Source: Chrysomallon squamiferum (Eukaryota > Animalia > Mollusca). Taken from it: a DNA stretch of 64,000 bases. Location: positions 9,610,001 through 9,674,000 of the forward strand of contig CM022677.1 of NCBI GenBank assembly GCA_012295275.1. The letters run 5' to 3'. The notes under the pieces were generated by a model. It was not told the DNA's origin and did no database searches. It saw only the letters and a program-made list of their open reading frames with translations. Shown in pieces: positions 33,602 to 49,000 of this stretch (positions are counted from its first letter, which is position 1; the number at the start of each line of letters is the position of its first letter). The position numbers were made by a program, and so were the translations under genes.

Positions 33602-36600
33602 CTGTAACAGAAACACTTTGTTAAAACAGATCACTAAAACAAACATCCAACATTCTTTAGTATTTCATTTTCTTTGTTTATGACTGACATTTTTCCTTTT
33701 TAAATAAATATCGTTTTGTTTTTATATTTTGCTAGAAATATTTTCATGAGTAAAAAAATTTAAAATATGACCTGTCAGACACACAAATGATAAGAATCAC
33801 TTACCACATTCTCCTTGCATTGTTTACACTATTCACACAAAATATTTGTTTTAGGAAGTGTAACATTCACTACACAATGATAATAATAATGTCCTTAGAA
33901 AACATTATCACAGATTTTATGTTTGTTTTTATTTTAGAAGCAGCATGACTTCCTATTCCTATCAGTCTTTACAAATAAACATATCAAACTACAAACAAAT
34001 CAAAATATGTGCATGTGAACACACTCATATATATATATGTATATATATATATACATTTTCTGTGTGAACATAATGAAAATATACTTGACAACAGCTTTGT
34101 ATGTTGATAATGATGTCTATAGTGATCATATTTACAATGAAGTAAATGTTACCTCAAAATTAGTCAGTCCATCAATATGACCTCGACCTTCGACCGAGGT
34201 CACATGACCATTAGGAAGATGACCGTTTTGAAAGCTGTGCAGAAGGCCATTAACTTTGACCCCATTGGGTGTTACAATTAAATTTCCTCCACCCTAGAAC
34301 AGAAAAAGAAAATAACACTGTTTACACAATGTCTGTTGTTTGAATGTTTACCAAACCCATACTTCAGTAATGTGAAATATCCCACAGAAAGATTACCTAT
34401 CCTACACTTCAGTGAAAAAATCCCATAAAAGTTTATCAAAACCCATAAAAATATGTTATTAACTCTTTTGTAAAAAAAACCTTTTTATCTATCAACAGTT
34501 TCACTTGAGTGTCAATAGTATTATGGTGTCTCTGTATATACCATCTAAAAGAGTTATGAAATAAGTAGAGATTTCCAAACAGTGGAGATACAGTCTGTAG
34601 TAAGTGAATGCACTGGACTGCTATGTTGTCTGTCACTCAAAGTACTCAACAAATAACTCAAGTGAATTTTCTAAAGTTGTTAATTAAGTTTTTATATCTG
34701 AACCTTAGAATCTGATTGTTCATTCTCATGCAGTTGAGTCAACATCGGCGCTGCCTCCCACTCTTTCATTTCCACATTACTTGTCTGATGAGCATGTCCG
34801 TTACCATTACAAGGCAGGTGACCATTACCATGGAACGTGGATGGCGTGTGGCTGCTCAGTTCACTGTCCTTGAAACATCTGTAATTTAATTATATTAGAA
34901 AGCTGAATAAACAGAAATAAACTTTATGATATCCTCATCTTTTCCCCATACATAAACACACTATGAAATAAAATAACTCTCTGTCCCAAGATAAAAATTA
35001 CTGCTGCTTTAAATAATAAACAGAACCCATACACATATTCACACCCACATTCAGCCCTTCATCTGGATTTTTTGTTTGCAAGAAACTTTTAAGATCCACT
35101 TTTAAACCGTTTGAAACTTACCTCTGACGAAACACAAACACAATAATGCAACAGACGATGATACAGACAATTCCTATGGAGATGCCTATCACAATGGCTA
35201 GATGATTGGATGCCTTCGTCGTAGATGCTGGAGTTATACCTGTGAGAACACACAAATATTAAGTTTTTAACAAACATATAAAACTTGGGAGGATGAGTAT
35301 TTCCATTTAGCAGCAAATATTTTAATTGTGATGTAAATACCCAATCATCAGAACATTTCACTGAAAATGCAATAACCAGAAATTTTGAAAACAGCCACTT
35401 TACAGGTACAGCAATCAATAAAAATACTCAATTGGTACACATGTAACAAGATACATAATAAGTGATTCAAGAATATCTGTTCTTTTCATTTTTTAAATTA
35501 TTTCAAAACTCTGTGACACTAACAGAAGTTCTAGCTATAATACGTACCAGCCATCTTTCTGTCGAGTCTGACAAATATGACGTGAGACATGTCCCCCTCG
35601 CCAACCTGATTACAAGCCTGAAGTTTGAAGTAATACGCTGCAGCCTTCAATTCCTTCACCTCTGACCTCGTCAATGCACCTGCATCATCCAAACATAGCA
35701 AACTTTAATGAACTAGTGAATTAACAAATGAAATAATGAAGATGTCAATAATTTTTTTAAAGAGGTGCTTTTTCAAAAGTAAGGTTATCTGAACCATAAA
35801 GTGCCATAAATTTTGCAGAAGACAACATTCATCTGAAAATCAAAGTAGAAATGTGAGTGACTCTGAGTGTGAGAAACTGAGACAGAGAGAGAGAAAAAAT
35901 ATATAATATAAAGTATAAAGAATAAAGAATTGTACAGACATGTTTAAATTTTTAAATAAATTTACTTATGAAGAAATGAGTGAAGCTGTGAGACTGACTG
36001 ACCTGGTCGTGTGAAGTTTCTCCACAGATGTTGCTTTGTCTCGTTGGACACATAGAAGATGATGTATGATGTTATCTTTCCATTCGGTGACTTGGGCGGC
36101 TTCCACTGCAATTCTATAGCCTCAGCTGACAGGAGTCGGTATGTGATGTTAGTCGGGGCACTCGGAACTAAAACAAAACAAACATCAAGTTTTAATAATG
36201 ATGATAAAAATAAGATTAAAAGGATTAATCATAATGAAATTTTTGTTGTTTTGATAAATATTTATCAATACCCCATAACAAAAATCAATAGTTATGGTGT
36301 ATGAATTAAATGTGATCAACACAGCATGACAATCTGTGCATGCATGCACACACACACACACATCAATGTGCATGCACCATGTTATTTTAAGCAGCAAATG
36401 TACATATCTGTATTGAAATTGTGAAACAGAACAGTTCTAATACATTTCATTGGCTCAAAATGCCTACATTATTTTCTATAGTTTATAGACTGATAGTTGA
36501 CAATTCTCTTCCAGAAATACAGCAATATGCTCAAAATTAGATTTATAACAAATAAATAAATCATGTATATAAAAATTTGTTAACACAATGAAATTACTTA

Positions 36601-39516
36601 ATATCAATACCTTTGTTCATAGTTGTTATCATCAATAATGGTTCACTCTCAAGACTATTTCGACCATTTACAGTTGCTGTGACAACGAATCTGTATCTGG
36701 TATTTTCCTTGAGATCCTTTACAATAATTTCTTTCTTATCACTGAAATGAAATAAGAACAAACTGTTAATAATACAAATTAAAATCCTCACATCATTTGT
36801 TAAACACAAAATATTTCATGTTTCAATCTACTTGTCCTGTAGGTTGACTGTTAAGAGTCCAAGCTTGTGGTCATTGTTTAAAGAAAAGTCTGTAGTTCAA
36901 AAGTTATTTTCATTTCAATAAATTACTTCTTTATACTCTTGATTTCAGTTCCAGGGAAAATTATAAAAATGCTTATAATTTCTTATTTCAGCGAAATAAA
37001 TATGTAAATGTCTGCTTTATATATGAAAAGAGGAATGAGCAGCAGAGTTTGGTTTTTGTTTATTTTTAAAACAAATGTTTTACTCATGAATTTCACATTG
37101 TGAAGAGAAAGAATATCAGATTTTTGTTTTATATAGACTGCTGCATTACAGAGTAGCTAGATATTCTCTAAATATAAATAACACATATCTGACAGAAAAA
37201 TGTAATTGATGAAACTATCGTAAACCACTACAATGGTTTACTCACGTTTTTATGCATGCTCTAGTTTGATCACTGAGGTAAATTTGGTAACACACAGTGA
37301 ATGACACGATACTGCTTGTAATTCTTGTGTAGCTCCAGCCTACTGTCACAGTGTTCACATCAACAACTTCACCATGCAAGTTGTGTGGAACGGCATAGAT
37401 AACAGAGTCGGTTGTACGAAATTCCTCACTGACTGAACCAAACTTCTCAGAGCCAATGCCATTGGCATTGACTGTCACTTCATAAGTTGTACCATTTTCT
37501 GAAAGTTTTAGGAAATTACTTCACATTATGAATTAATCTCAGATGTAAAATTACAATCCGAGTTTTGGATTAAAGTAAATGATTATCAACATCAAAAATC
37601 AGAAGTGTAAAAAGCTTTCAAAATACATATATATATATATATATACAATTGTGAATAATTTTAAATACAAATAAAAGATAAATATGATTTGCTAAAATAG
37701 CAATAATTAATGTCCATTTGTTATCATGTGGTGAAGGATGTTGAGATTTTTGCTTAAATAATTTGTTGCATTCAAAGAAATATCTGAATACTTTATTTCT
37801 TTTATTATCTATAAACAAATGTCAGTGGATTTATTTAGCTAATCAGCTGAGATGGAAAAAGTTATTTAGTAAATACGAGTACAATTTCTAGTTTGGATGT
37901 GATATATATTGTTTTAAATATGCAGTGTTTCATTAGACAGGTATTACCCATTTTACTTAGTCTGGTAATGTTACTTACCCAGATCACACAACACGTGTTT
38001 CAGAGCTGGCGTTGCTACGCGGTCCTCGCGGATCACATCAGCGTTGAGGTCCCTCAGCACAATGGCATAGCTGCGTATGTTGGTTGGATCTCCTTCAATG
38101 GACCACATCAAAATGACACATGTTTCATTGACAAATTTGATCTGTAGTCGTGGAGCAGGTACTAAAAAAAACCCAAAGAAAACTAGGTCAAAATAAAATC
38201 ACTTAGAACTCAAAACTATGTCAAATAACATCACTTAGAGTAGCTATTTTTATTTTTCTGATGTGTCTAAGCAAATCTTTGTTCTGTGATATCTACAACT
38301 GAGAAAAATGCCTGTTTAGATGAATTATTCTTCATATATAGTTTCCTATTTTCTATTTTAGCATCCAGGTTAGTAAGCAGCAATTTAATTTAAGACTTAA
38401 CCCCATTTTGAAGATTTAATTTTTTATGCATCAAATGAAGTAATCTTTATCTACATTATTTTCTTTGCATTAATTATTTGTGTATGAGTGAAATTCAGTG
38501 AGTGTTTATAAAATCAAACTTTATCTCACACCTCCTATCTTTCTAACTAATTGTATAACCTCATTGTTTAAAATTAGATGATACACTTTATTCCCCCCAC
38601 TGTTAATTAAAACTGGTAAGGAAAACACAAACTGACAATGTCAGTGAAGTGGTTAATTTTAAAGTAACTGAGGTAATGAAAGCAAATGGCTTATATTTAG
38701 TAATGCTAACAAGAATGCTAAATACATTGTGTATATTTCAAGTAACAAAAGATTTAGTATGTTCTACCAAAAATAACATTATATATAAATACCTAAAAAA
38801 CATATTAAATTATATTTTCAACTTACATATGTCTGACACTGGTGTTTTGTGTGTCACCCATTTCCACTTGTTATCACTGATATCAGGAAAACCCATCTTA
38901 GTACCAGCAAGAACTATCACTTGATAATTTGTGTCTGGCTCCAGACCTGTGAAAACATACATAATAAACTCACAAAAATAGTAAAAAGCACCAACTTTTA
39001 ACAAAGGACTCTTAATGTGTATCATAGTTTTATTTCACTAAATTGTCTAAAATAATGTTTCCTTCAAAATTGAAGCATCTGCTATTCCAGTCTTTAAACT
39101 GCTTGTTCTCAATCATCCTGTCTAGCATATTCATATAAACTCAATCTCTCTAATTCATGTTTATGTCTTAAACATCTTTATTTAATATAGATTTACCTTC
39201 AATAACAAAAGAAGTTGCTGTGCCAGCAATATCCACAATGGTGTTGTCATCATAGCCTTTCTTATGGTAGTAGAGTTTGTACTCAATTATCTCCCCTTGA
39301 CTTTCCTTTGCAGACAGCGGCTGCCACTCCACAGAAATACTTTTAGAACTGAGACTGCGCAACTTCAGCCTGGGCACTGACACTGGAACTGAGACCAAGG
39401 AAAGAATCATACAACTTGTATACAGTTGATGTAAAGTGCATACTTAATGACCTCCAAAATTAAATGGCCAGGTAAAAGCTATTTTTAACCCAGTTATTTA
39501 TTTTTGTTTCTGAGAG

Positions 39517-39558
<42 letters not shown>

Positions 39559-40453
39559 GTATTTTTAAGACCTGTGTTTTCTTTTTTCCCTTTTTATATG
39601 TTTATGTAATTAGTTTAGATGTAGGTCAGTTTCAAGAGCAGACATTTAACAAATGGTCCTATATGATTTGCTAACAGATGAAAATAAAGAGCATACTTAC
39701 TTCCCTCTAATGTCTGTACAATGGTGTGTTTGTCACTGACACTTGCTCCTTTACTGTTGTATGACCTGACCTCTATCGTGTAGTTTGTGTACGGCTCAAG
39801 TCCAGTCAGGGTTAAACTGTTCTCCTGGGCAAACTCAGAGTGGATTTTATCTAAAATAGTTGTTTATGACTTGTATTTTTTTATAAACAACACTCACTCA
39901 CTCTCTTTCAATCTCTTTCATTCACACTCATACACTCATACACACACACACACACACACCTCTGCTCAACATACACACAAATATAGATATACATACAAAC
40001 AGTAACAGGAACACCCATAAAGATGTCTACAAATGTGTTTCACAAACACACACACACACACACACTTTATAATGACACCTGAAACAAGGACTGTACATTT
40101 TTAATTATCTCTATATAACAAAAATAAAAACAAATAAATAAATATAATCACAATCTGTCAACAGGCTTAAGTGATAATAAACATGTTTGATTTAAATAAT
40201 TTAACAGTTAGTTATATACAGAGAGGAAAGAGTGACTACTAACCACCAAGTTTGTGATAATAAACTGCTGTTGTCAAAATCGTCTCTTCAAGATCGGTTG
40301 ACGGTTGTTCCCATTGTAAAAAGATGGATGTAGGAGAGGTAGCAATGGCTTCTGTTATAAGTGGAGCTGGTGGAGTTCCATCTGTAGAAAGTAATGAAAT
40401 ATTTTAATATATTTTAATACTTTCACGTACACATGAGACTGAGAGAAATACAG

Positions 40454-40542
<89 letters not shown>

Positions 40543-41455
40543 CACAGAGTGTGTGTGTGTTTGTGAGTGGAAGAGTACCATTATGCAGTCAACTCTCATT
40601 ATTATAATAATATCCAGGTACCAGCACACTTTACAGAAAACCAATGTGTCTAAACTAAGTGTTTGTCAACAGGAAATATGACAATTCAGAATGTGGTTTT
40701 CTGCTGTTTGGACTCAAAATGTCTATGTTCATGAAATCATTAAACCAAAAAGAAAATAAGTCTGTTTCCAAAATACAGGTTGCCCTTCATTCTTATTCTG
40801 CTGCATTGAATGAATCTAATAATGCAGTCTAAAACTTGGGTTTCTCTTCAAAAGTCCATTACACTGAGGTTCAAATTTCAATAGGAATCCAGTGTATGCT
40901 GTTTTGGTAGATTCTCTTACCACGTGAGAAGATCTCCAGTCTTGCAGTGGCAATGAACTGCCCAGCGTCATTAGTAGCCATACACTGGTAATAGCCAGCC
41001 TGTTTCAAACCAGCGTTGATGATGTTCAACGTGTTCTTTGATTTAAACTACAAGTTAAAAACACACACTTTACAAAGCATTTAAAAACAAAAAATAAATA
41101 AATAGACTGAAATGATGATAGTATTTGTGTGAGTGTGTGTGTTTGTAATTGATAAATTAAAATATTCAAGCAGTATCCATTCTTTTTAACTGTAATATGT
41201 TTAAATTAAGTGTTTTTAAAAATTATACAAAGAAATAAATTAAAATAATAATTATAATTAATATGACAAATAAAAAATATATTAAAACAAACGTCCCAAT
41301 TAACAATGTTCAACATGTTTCTTTATTTGAATTATGAATTAAGGTACAGAGAGATATATTTTTTAAATATACACATGAATAAAATAAAAAAAGGTATAAA
41401 TCTAGATAAATTTATTCAAACACCATCCCAAATTACTTGTTCTCTTTCTATATAT

Positions 41456-41500
<45 letters not shown>

Positions 41501-44500
41501 CACACACTGTAAACAAACCAAGAAATAATTTAAAAAAAAAAAATTGTTTTCATTAGTCACAAAATACCTACCTGAAACTTAGAACGACTGTTGCGGAGTT
41601 GCTTCCCATTAAAGAACCATGACACATTCGGTTTTGGATTTCCATCAGCATTACAGTTAAAAATGACAATTCTGTCAATTGGCCATTTCTGAGACACAAA
41701 TTTTGACTTCAGTACTGGTGGCCCTGAAAAATGTTATGTATGAGGACTTTCAATTATTTTAATTTAATTTTATTTTGTTCCACTTCTGACAAATGGAAAA
41801 TGACTAAGAAAAATATTATAAATAACCAATTGTACAATAACAATTACAAACTCAACTTAAAATATTTTCTTTTAAAACAACATTTTATTTCAAAACTTTG
41901 ACTTCTTTGGTATTTCAAAATATAAAAAGAGGTACTTACTGTAAACAGTTAAATTTGAATAACTGTTAAGTTCTTTTACACCGTTTCTAGTTTGTACTTT
42001 AGCAGAACACACGTATGTACCCTGGTCAGATGGCTGGACGTCAAATATCTTCAGGTTGCCCTGTCCAAACTGCAGGGTGTAATCTTTCCTTATTGTCTTA
42101 TGGTCTAAGCAAAGGAAAGAAACAATATTTGATTTAACCACATTATGTAGTTACAATAAGGAAACAAAAGCAAAACTTACGCTCCAGACAGAGTTAATGA
42201 ACATGATGTGGTATAGTCAGATCACAAGCACATAATGAATATAGTGAATATGCCAACAATAACCCCAAAGAGGATAATAAAACATCAGTTATAAAGGAGA
42301 AAAAAAATAAACTTTTTATCTTGAAATGAAGGTTAATTAATAAAAATAAATTATGCTCACCAAATCTGTACCAGGTGATGTTTGGTAATGGTCGACCATC
42401 CACCAGGCATTCCAAAATGGCGGTTTCTCCTTGACGAACTGTCACATTGGGTGAAGACCCAAGTACCCGTAATCTCCGGTTCCTGCCAACTGTATAAGAA
42501 ACGTACATATACATAAAAATACACACACATACACACACTAGTGTCAGTATGGATAGTGTTCTTTTCCCATTATCTGTCAAGGTAAACATATTTCTGATAG
42601 TTTTTTTTCCACCGACTTAGCTGTTAGTAAATATGATTCAAAATGATGTGAAAATTTCTATATATTTTATATATTATAGCAGTAGATGCATAATCTCATT
42701 CTCTAAAGTATCTTTATCACTCTTGTTTTTTTCTCTTTCTCTCTAATAAATCTATATTCATTTGTTATTACTGTTTTTTGTTTAGACAAAATCATTTAGA
42801 TATTTGTTGTTCTGTTATTTACTGTACAATGTAACTAAGACTGTACACAAGCTAATGGACCATTAATGACCAAAGTCAGCTGTGTTTCCTTTCACTACTA
42901 CAGAGTAGTTTTCTGTGTAATCATCAAAATATCATTAAATAACAGTTCAAACACCAGGACACTCTAATCAGATAATTAAAGTTAATTTTGAAAATAAAAA
43001 TCTATATTTTACTACGATATATCATATTAGTTTGCATGTGTTCTAATATAAACTGAAAATGAGAACACATTTACACAGCAATCTTCTCTGACAGAAGGAC
43101 AGCATATACACACAAACCTATGATACACTACTGAAATACAGATCAAGCATATACAAACAAACCTATGATACACTACTGGAATACAGATCAAGCATATACA
43201 CACAAACCTATGATACACTACTGAAATACAGATCAAACATATACACACAAACCTATGATACACTACTGAAATACAGATCAAACACATACACACAAACCTA
43301 TACACTACTGAAATACAGATCAAACACATACACACAAACCTATAATACACTACTGGAATACAGATCAAGCACACACACACAAACCTATGATACACTAACG
43401 GAATACAGATCAAACAGATCATCTAGAAGATAATTCTGTACCAGGATCAGTGTATCATTAAGCCACAACTAGTTTGAATACATTACCAAAATTGAAACAT
43501 GACAGATATTGGCACAGGTTGCTTACTACATATGATTCACAGTTAACAGCTGTGCACAGGAAACAGCTGCAGAATGTCAGCCGTAACCCATTTTATTGCA
43601 TTACTTTATTGTTAATAAACAATTTAATCAGATTGTTTTTCCTCACTAAAAGTATTTATATATTAATATATTTATTAATGAAACCTGCATTTAAATATAT
43701 GTGTGGTAACAATACCTGTGTTATAATACCATAGTTATTAACCAAATGTTATTAACTATAATCTGTGTTTTAAACCATTTACATTTTTAACTTTAGTCTG
43801 GGTCATTATCTAATCTATATCCAGGTTAATTTTACCTGCGTTGCATTGTAAATTTTACCTGTGTGAATTTTGAGCCTCGCTTCTTTGCTGCGCATCATTT
43901 CAATATCATCAATTTCATCAGGCAGATTGTGCAGCTCGCCTCTGGACGCAATGCATCTATAAAGACCCGTATCTGATTCTTGAAGATTGTTGATCTGTAG
44001 AACACCTGAGGGTAAGGTAACATATCTGAAAATACACAATACATAGAGGTAAGGTATATTAAAATATACAATACATGTAACATATCTAAAATACACTATG
44101 CAATTAAGCAAGATATCTAAAAAGTCACAACATAGGAAAGATATCTGAAAATACACAATACAGATTATTTACTGACAAAGAATTTGTAATTTCAATATTA
44201 AACATTGTTATTAACTTATAACACAAATATACACAGAAGATATCTGAAAATACTCAGTAAATATAGGTAAGATGAAAAATTTGTAATACAAATAAGGCAA
44301 CATGCACGATACCTGACAAAAACAATACAGAAAACATACAAAGACATTCATTATACATGTTTAGAGTGACTTTTACAAACTCAGTCAATTCAAAATCATT
44401 GTTAAAAGGTGAAAGTCTACGTTAATAAATGTAAAAAATAAAACCTTTGACAAAATAAAAAATGACATAAGAATTAAGTATTTGTTTATTAGAAATATAT

Positions 44501-46028
44501 TTCAACATTAACCAAATATGACACACAAATATGATATCAAAAATTTACTCATACATTAACAACAAAATTATTTCTTTTCTTAACAAAAATTATTCTTTCT
44601 TCTGAGCCTTTACATTTTTGCAATGAAAAGCATGTAAAAAATTAAATCTTACTTATTTTCTTCTTGAGGTAGGCTCAGGGAATCTTTTTGCCATGTGAAG
44701 ATTGGAGGTGGTACTGTGTTGATTGTGCAAGCAAACCGTGCCACACCCCCCACATAGCCTTCACGAGGTAATGGTTGTACTGAGAAATTCTTTGCCATGC
44801 CTGAAAAAACAGAAATTAAAATGTAATTACTTTGCTTTCATCACCGCAGCATTTAACCATAACCTGAGGTTTGAGATAAGGTAAACACCTGTTTCACCTA
44901 TCTCACAGAGTAATACACTGAGACAGTTAGTAAGAAAGAAACAGATATGGTACATCCTTTGCGCATATCCCGTTAACATGCAAACTTACTGGGCAGCCTC
45001 CAGTCACATAACAACACAAGGGACGTTTTTGTTCTGGTTAAAAAAAATGAAACAATCCTATAATGCTGAGAGAACTATTAAAAAATTCCATACTTAGCTA
45101 TATGCAGATGATTACAGATATTTTTTAAAAAAATGGAAAAGTAGAAAAATGAAAGCAGAAGAGAACAAATGAAGGTGACAAGAAAAGAACAATAAAAATC
45201 AACTTGAAATGTAAACTGATTTTAGGGTCAAAATCATAATGGATTTTTTTTTTCATTTGTTAATTTTTTTTGGTGCAATGGCAAGTAGTTAATATGATAA
45301 CAATTATTAATTATAAGTCTGTGTTTGGGTTTGCGTAATACTCATGTAGAATATATTCATGCTTATGTTGTGCATTTTGCAAAAGCACAAACATGGTATT
45401 ACATTGCTTATACCTTATTAATGTAATTACATTTTAACATGAGTTTGTCATATACTTGTAGTAGTGTTTTGTTGTTCTTCACACTGCTTTTTATTCATGG
45501 CTAGATACCGACTGTAAAAGTCTTCAAACAATATAATTAAATAAAGTTCTTAATATGCATCTGGTTGTCATAAATATCTGTTATACTACCCCCTCCTTTT
45601 TTAATTAAAATTATATTCTTTTTATTTTGTTTTTGTTCACAATTTTGAGTTGTATAAATTTACATTTTACAAAAATTATTTTTATTAACTCAATTTTTCT
45701 GTATTGCACAGTTAAACAGTTAAAGTTAATAATTCAACTGAAAAAGATATATTATAATTATTACTTTATTAAAATGTTAAAGATATAAAAATGAATAAAA
45801 TCAAGTAGATAAAAGATTTCTCAGCCTGAAAACAAAACTTTTAAAGATATTAAACCTCTATTATTATATGACAATATAAATAAAATATTTATAAAAATAA
45901 CATAAAATAAAAATAATTTGCAATAATGAAAGAAATACAGAAAATCAACAGAATTTTTTTTTTTAATGTTTTATATACAGTTAATCAATAATATGTATCT
46001 GTCTAATTTTGTGGGGTTCAGGGTTTTT

Positions 46029-46062
<34 letters not shown>

Positions 46063-49000
46063 GATGTGTTAATTAAAGGTATTAAAAGCTTAACCTTGTG
46101 TGACAGTCACAGGATCTATCCTGACAGTTACACAGTAAATATCTGTGGTTATTCATGCATAAAAATGGGTCACAGCATTTGATTATTTTATCTGCGCCCC
46201 AACATATAAAAAATAGCAAGAGGTGTCCAGTGTCACGAAGTTCAACAGCCTGAACAGCACTAGGCTAATCTTGTTGGCTTTAAACATTGCTTTTTTTTCT
46301 TTTTTTTTTTTTTTTTTTTTGATCAACAAACATTTTTCATCCACTGCAGTTACTTGTGTCAAATTCAGTTAGCAACTATATAATATCTATATATATGTAT
46401 ATCTTTACACACTTACACATTGACTCTTAAATACATTACTGTATAAAGCTAAAGGATTATGTTTATTAATTGCTTTGTATTACTCTTTAAAAAGATACAA
46501 ACTACTCACACTTGAAAAAGATAATACAATTTTTTCAGATTGTACCTTGAAAAGATGATTTACCTACTCTCTCCAGGATTCACACAAAGGGGCAATGTGG
46601 GCAAAATATTCACCATACGATAATACTAAGCACCACCTTACTTTTAACACATTGCAAAGTTCTAAGTCGCCTTCTTTTTACTTTTTGTTACAGGTTGTTT
46701 TTTTGTTTTTTTTTAATATTAGTTTACTATTATTTTTTTGAATATATCACCTGGAAGCTGCAAGTACTTATATATTTTCATGCCATTTTGTCAAAAGACC
46801 TATCCAGCCAGATTTTATGATCAACCAGATTCTGTCAAATTATATTTATTAATAAATCAATGGGGAAAAACTATTCTCTTTTTTCTTTCTATTCTACATT
46901 TGTTTTTCTGGAATAACAATAATTTCTTTTTAATGTAAATATGTAATTATGCCATTATGTAAATCGGGCCTGAGACTTAAGTAAGCAGTGAATGTAAGAA
47001 TAAAAAGTTTGTAAAATAATTTGACCTCTTATGGCACGAGTCTGTATAAAATATTTTGTGAAAGGCTCTGCTTTTATTAGAAAAAGAATATCAAAGCTTG
47101 TTTTTTTAAGTTGAAGTTCATGAAGCAACACTTGACTATATGTTATTGTCTTACTTCACCTTCACAAAACCTCACTTTTCCCAAAGTATCTGACTTCGCC
47201 CAATCTATTTAGAGGGAGAAATTACGTCTTCCTATTTTTCTTGCCTAGCTTGAACCCAGCTTTAAGAAGTATAATAATATTTATTCATAATCAACTTTAA
47301 TAGCATACAGTTTATTTGTAACTAACTTTAAAAAAGATAACACAATTCATTTAGTCATATTTAAAAAATATAACAGAAAAGAAAAGAAATATATTTCCAG
47401 GCCAGAAACATTTTTAACAAATTGTTGTATTTACAATTCTATTTAATGGACACTTATAGTATAATTATTCATGACCTGAATCTCATTCTCTTTATATATT
47501 TCTTTTATTTTATTTCTTCTTTCTTTCTTTTTATTTTAATGAAATTTATCTGGGTTGTCTTATCTTTTAATTTATCAGACAAAATTTTTAATGAAAAGTC
47601 ATAAATCTCACAAAAAACATTATTTTTCTTTTCAAGTTGTTTTTAAACTTTATCACTGTACATCACATGGCAATAAAAGACAGTTTTTACCAAATAACTG
47701 TTTACTATGTTTAACAACAATCATGTTCCATTAGACCAGTTTGTCACAAGCAGTATTATTAAACCATCTATTTAACCAAGATGGTCCACTGAATGAGACT
47801 GTCACTGTATGTGACAACACTGAAGCAGGGCCAACAGAAACTACTAACTGCATCATAAAAGAAAAGGTTTTCAATATTACTGTGATACACATGCACGAAG
47901 TCAAACAGTTTACATCAGTTTTTAAATTTTTCTGTATTTCATATAAGTATTAAAACCTTGGGTTTACACACACACACACATACACACACAAACACTTGTT
48001 ATAAATAAAGTAAATAGTAAAATAAAAAAGTAACATTATTTTTTACTATTACAAACATTTACAAGTTTACATTAAACAAAATTAATGGGTTTTTTTATAT
48101 TTACTTTTCAAGTATCCAATATGAAACCACGTAAGTGTCAATGATAGACGTAATATTTAAACAATTTACATAAAGTAATTAATATAAATGTATTATTCTA
48201 CATCAAATTAAAAAGACATTTATGTTTATGCTTATTTATACTAATGGTTCTTTAAATGGTCTTACATCAAATATATCTAACTGCCTATGTTACAAGACTG
48301 ATTAAATATCTTCAGTTATTAAAGGAAACTGTACTTTTAATAAATACTGATTTAGTTTTTCATTAAGTATTTAATATACTGGTAATTTCTATATTAAAAA
48401 TTATTACTCAATTATTAATAATGAAAGTAATGTATTTAGTATATTTCCATTCTATTTAAATCTTACTAAACTTCAATACTGATTAAAAATTTAGTATTTT
48501 TTTATAGTTCAATTGTTAAATTGCCAAATCAAAACATTCTTGTTATTAATTTACTTTTACATTTTTGTATTAATTAAAGCACGTTTTGTGTAATATTTTT
48601 TAAAAATGTATTTTAATTAATAAATAAATATAAATCGTCATGTAAATAATTCTGTTCTTGTTTCTAATTTTTACATTTTAAATTTTAATTTCATCTCACT
48701 TATTAAAATATCATTTTACATTATTCATCTTAATCTTTATAATTATATGAATGTCATGAAAAAAGTGTTTTATAAAGTATTGAAAGTAGTGGAAAAATAA
48801 CAAGAATAATTTTAACATCCTCTTAAAGAGATTGAAACTAATGATTAAAATATAAAATTAAACCCCCTGCAACAGAATGAGCATTTTAAAACAAGTATTT
48901 AATGTAGCTAGTTTAATTTGATTATGTTCATGTAGCTATTTGATAGGTATGTGTGTGTGTGTGTGGGTGTGTGTGGGTGTGTGGGTGTGGGTGGGTGTGT

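Noticed and set aside
43027-43422. 131-aa Cys-rich repeat ORF
   Set aside because: Translation of the 45-bp intronic minisatellite; the flanking Ig exons splice in frame without it.
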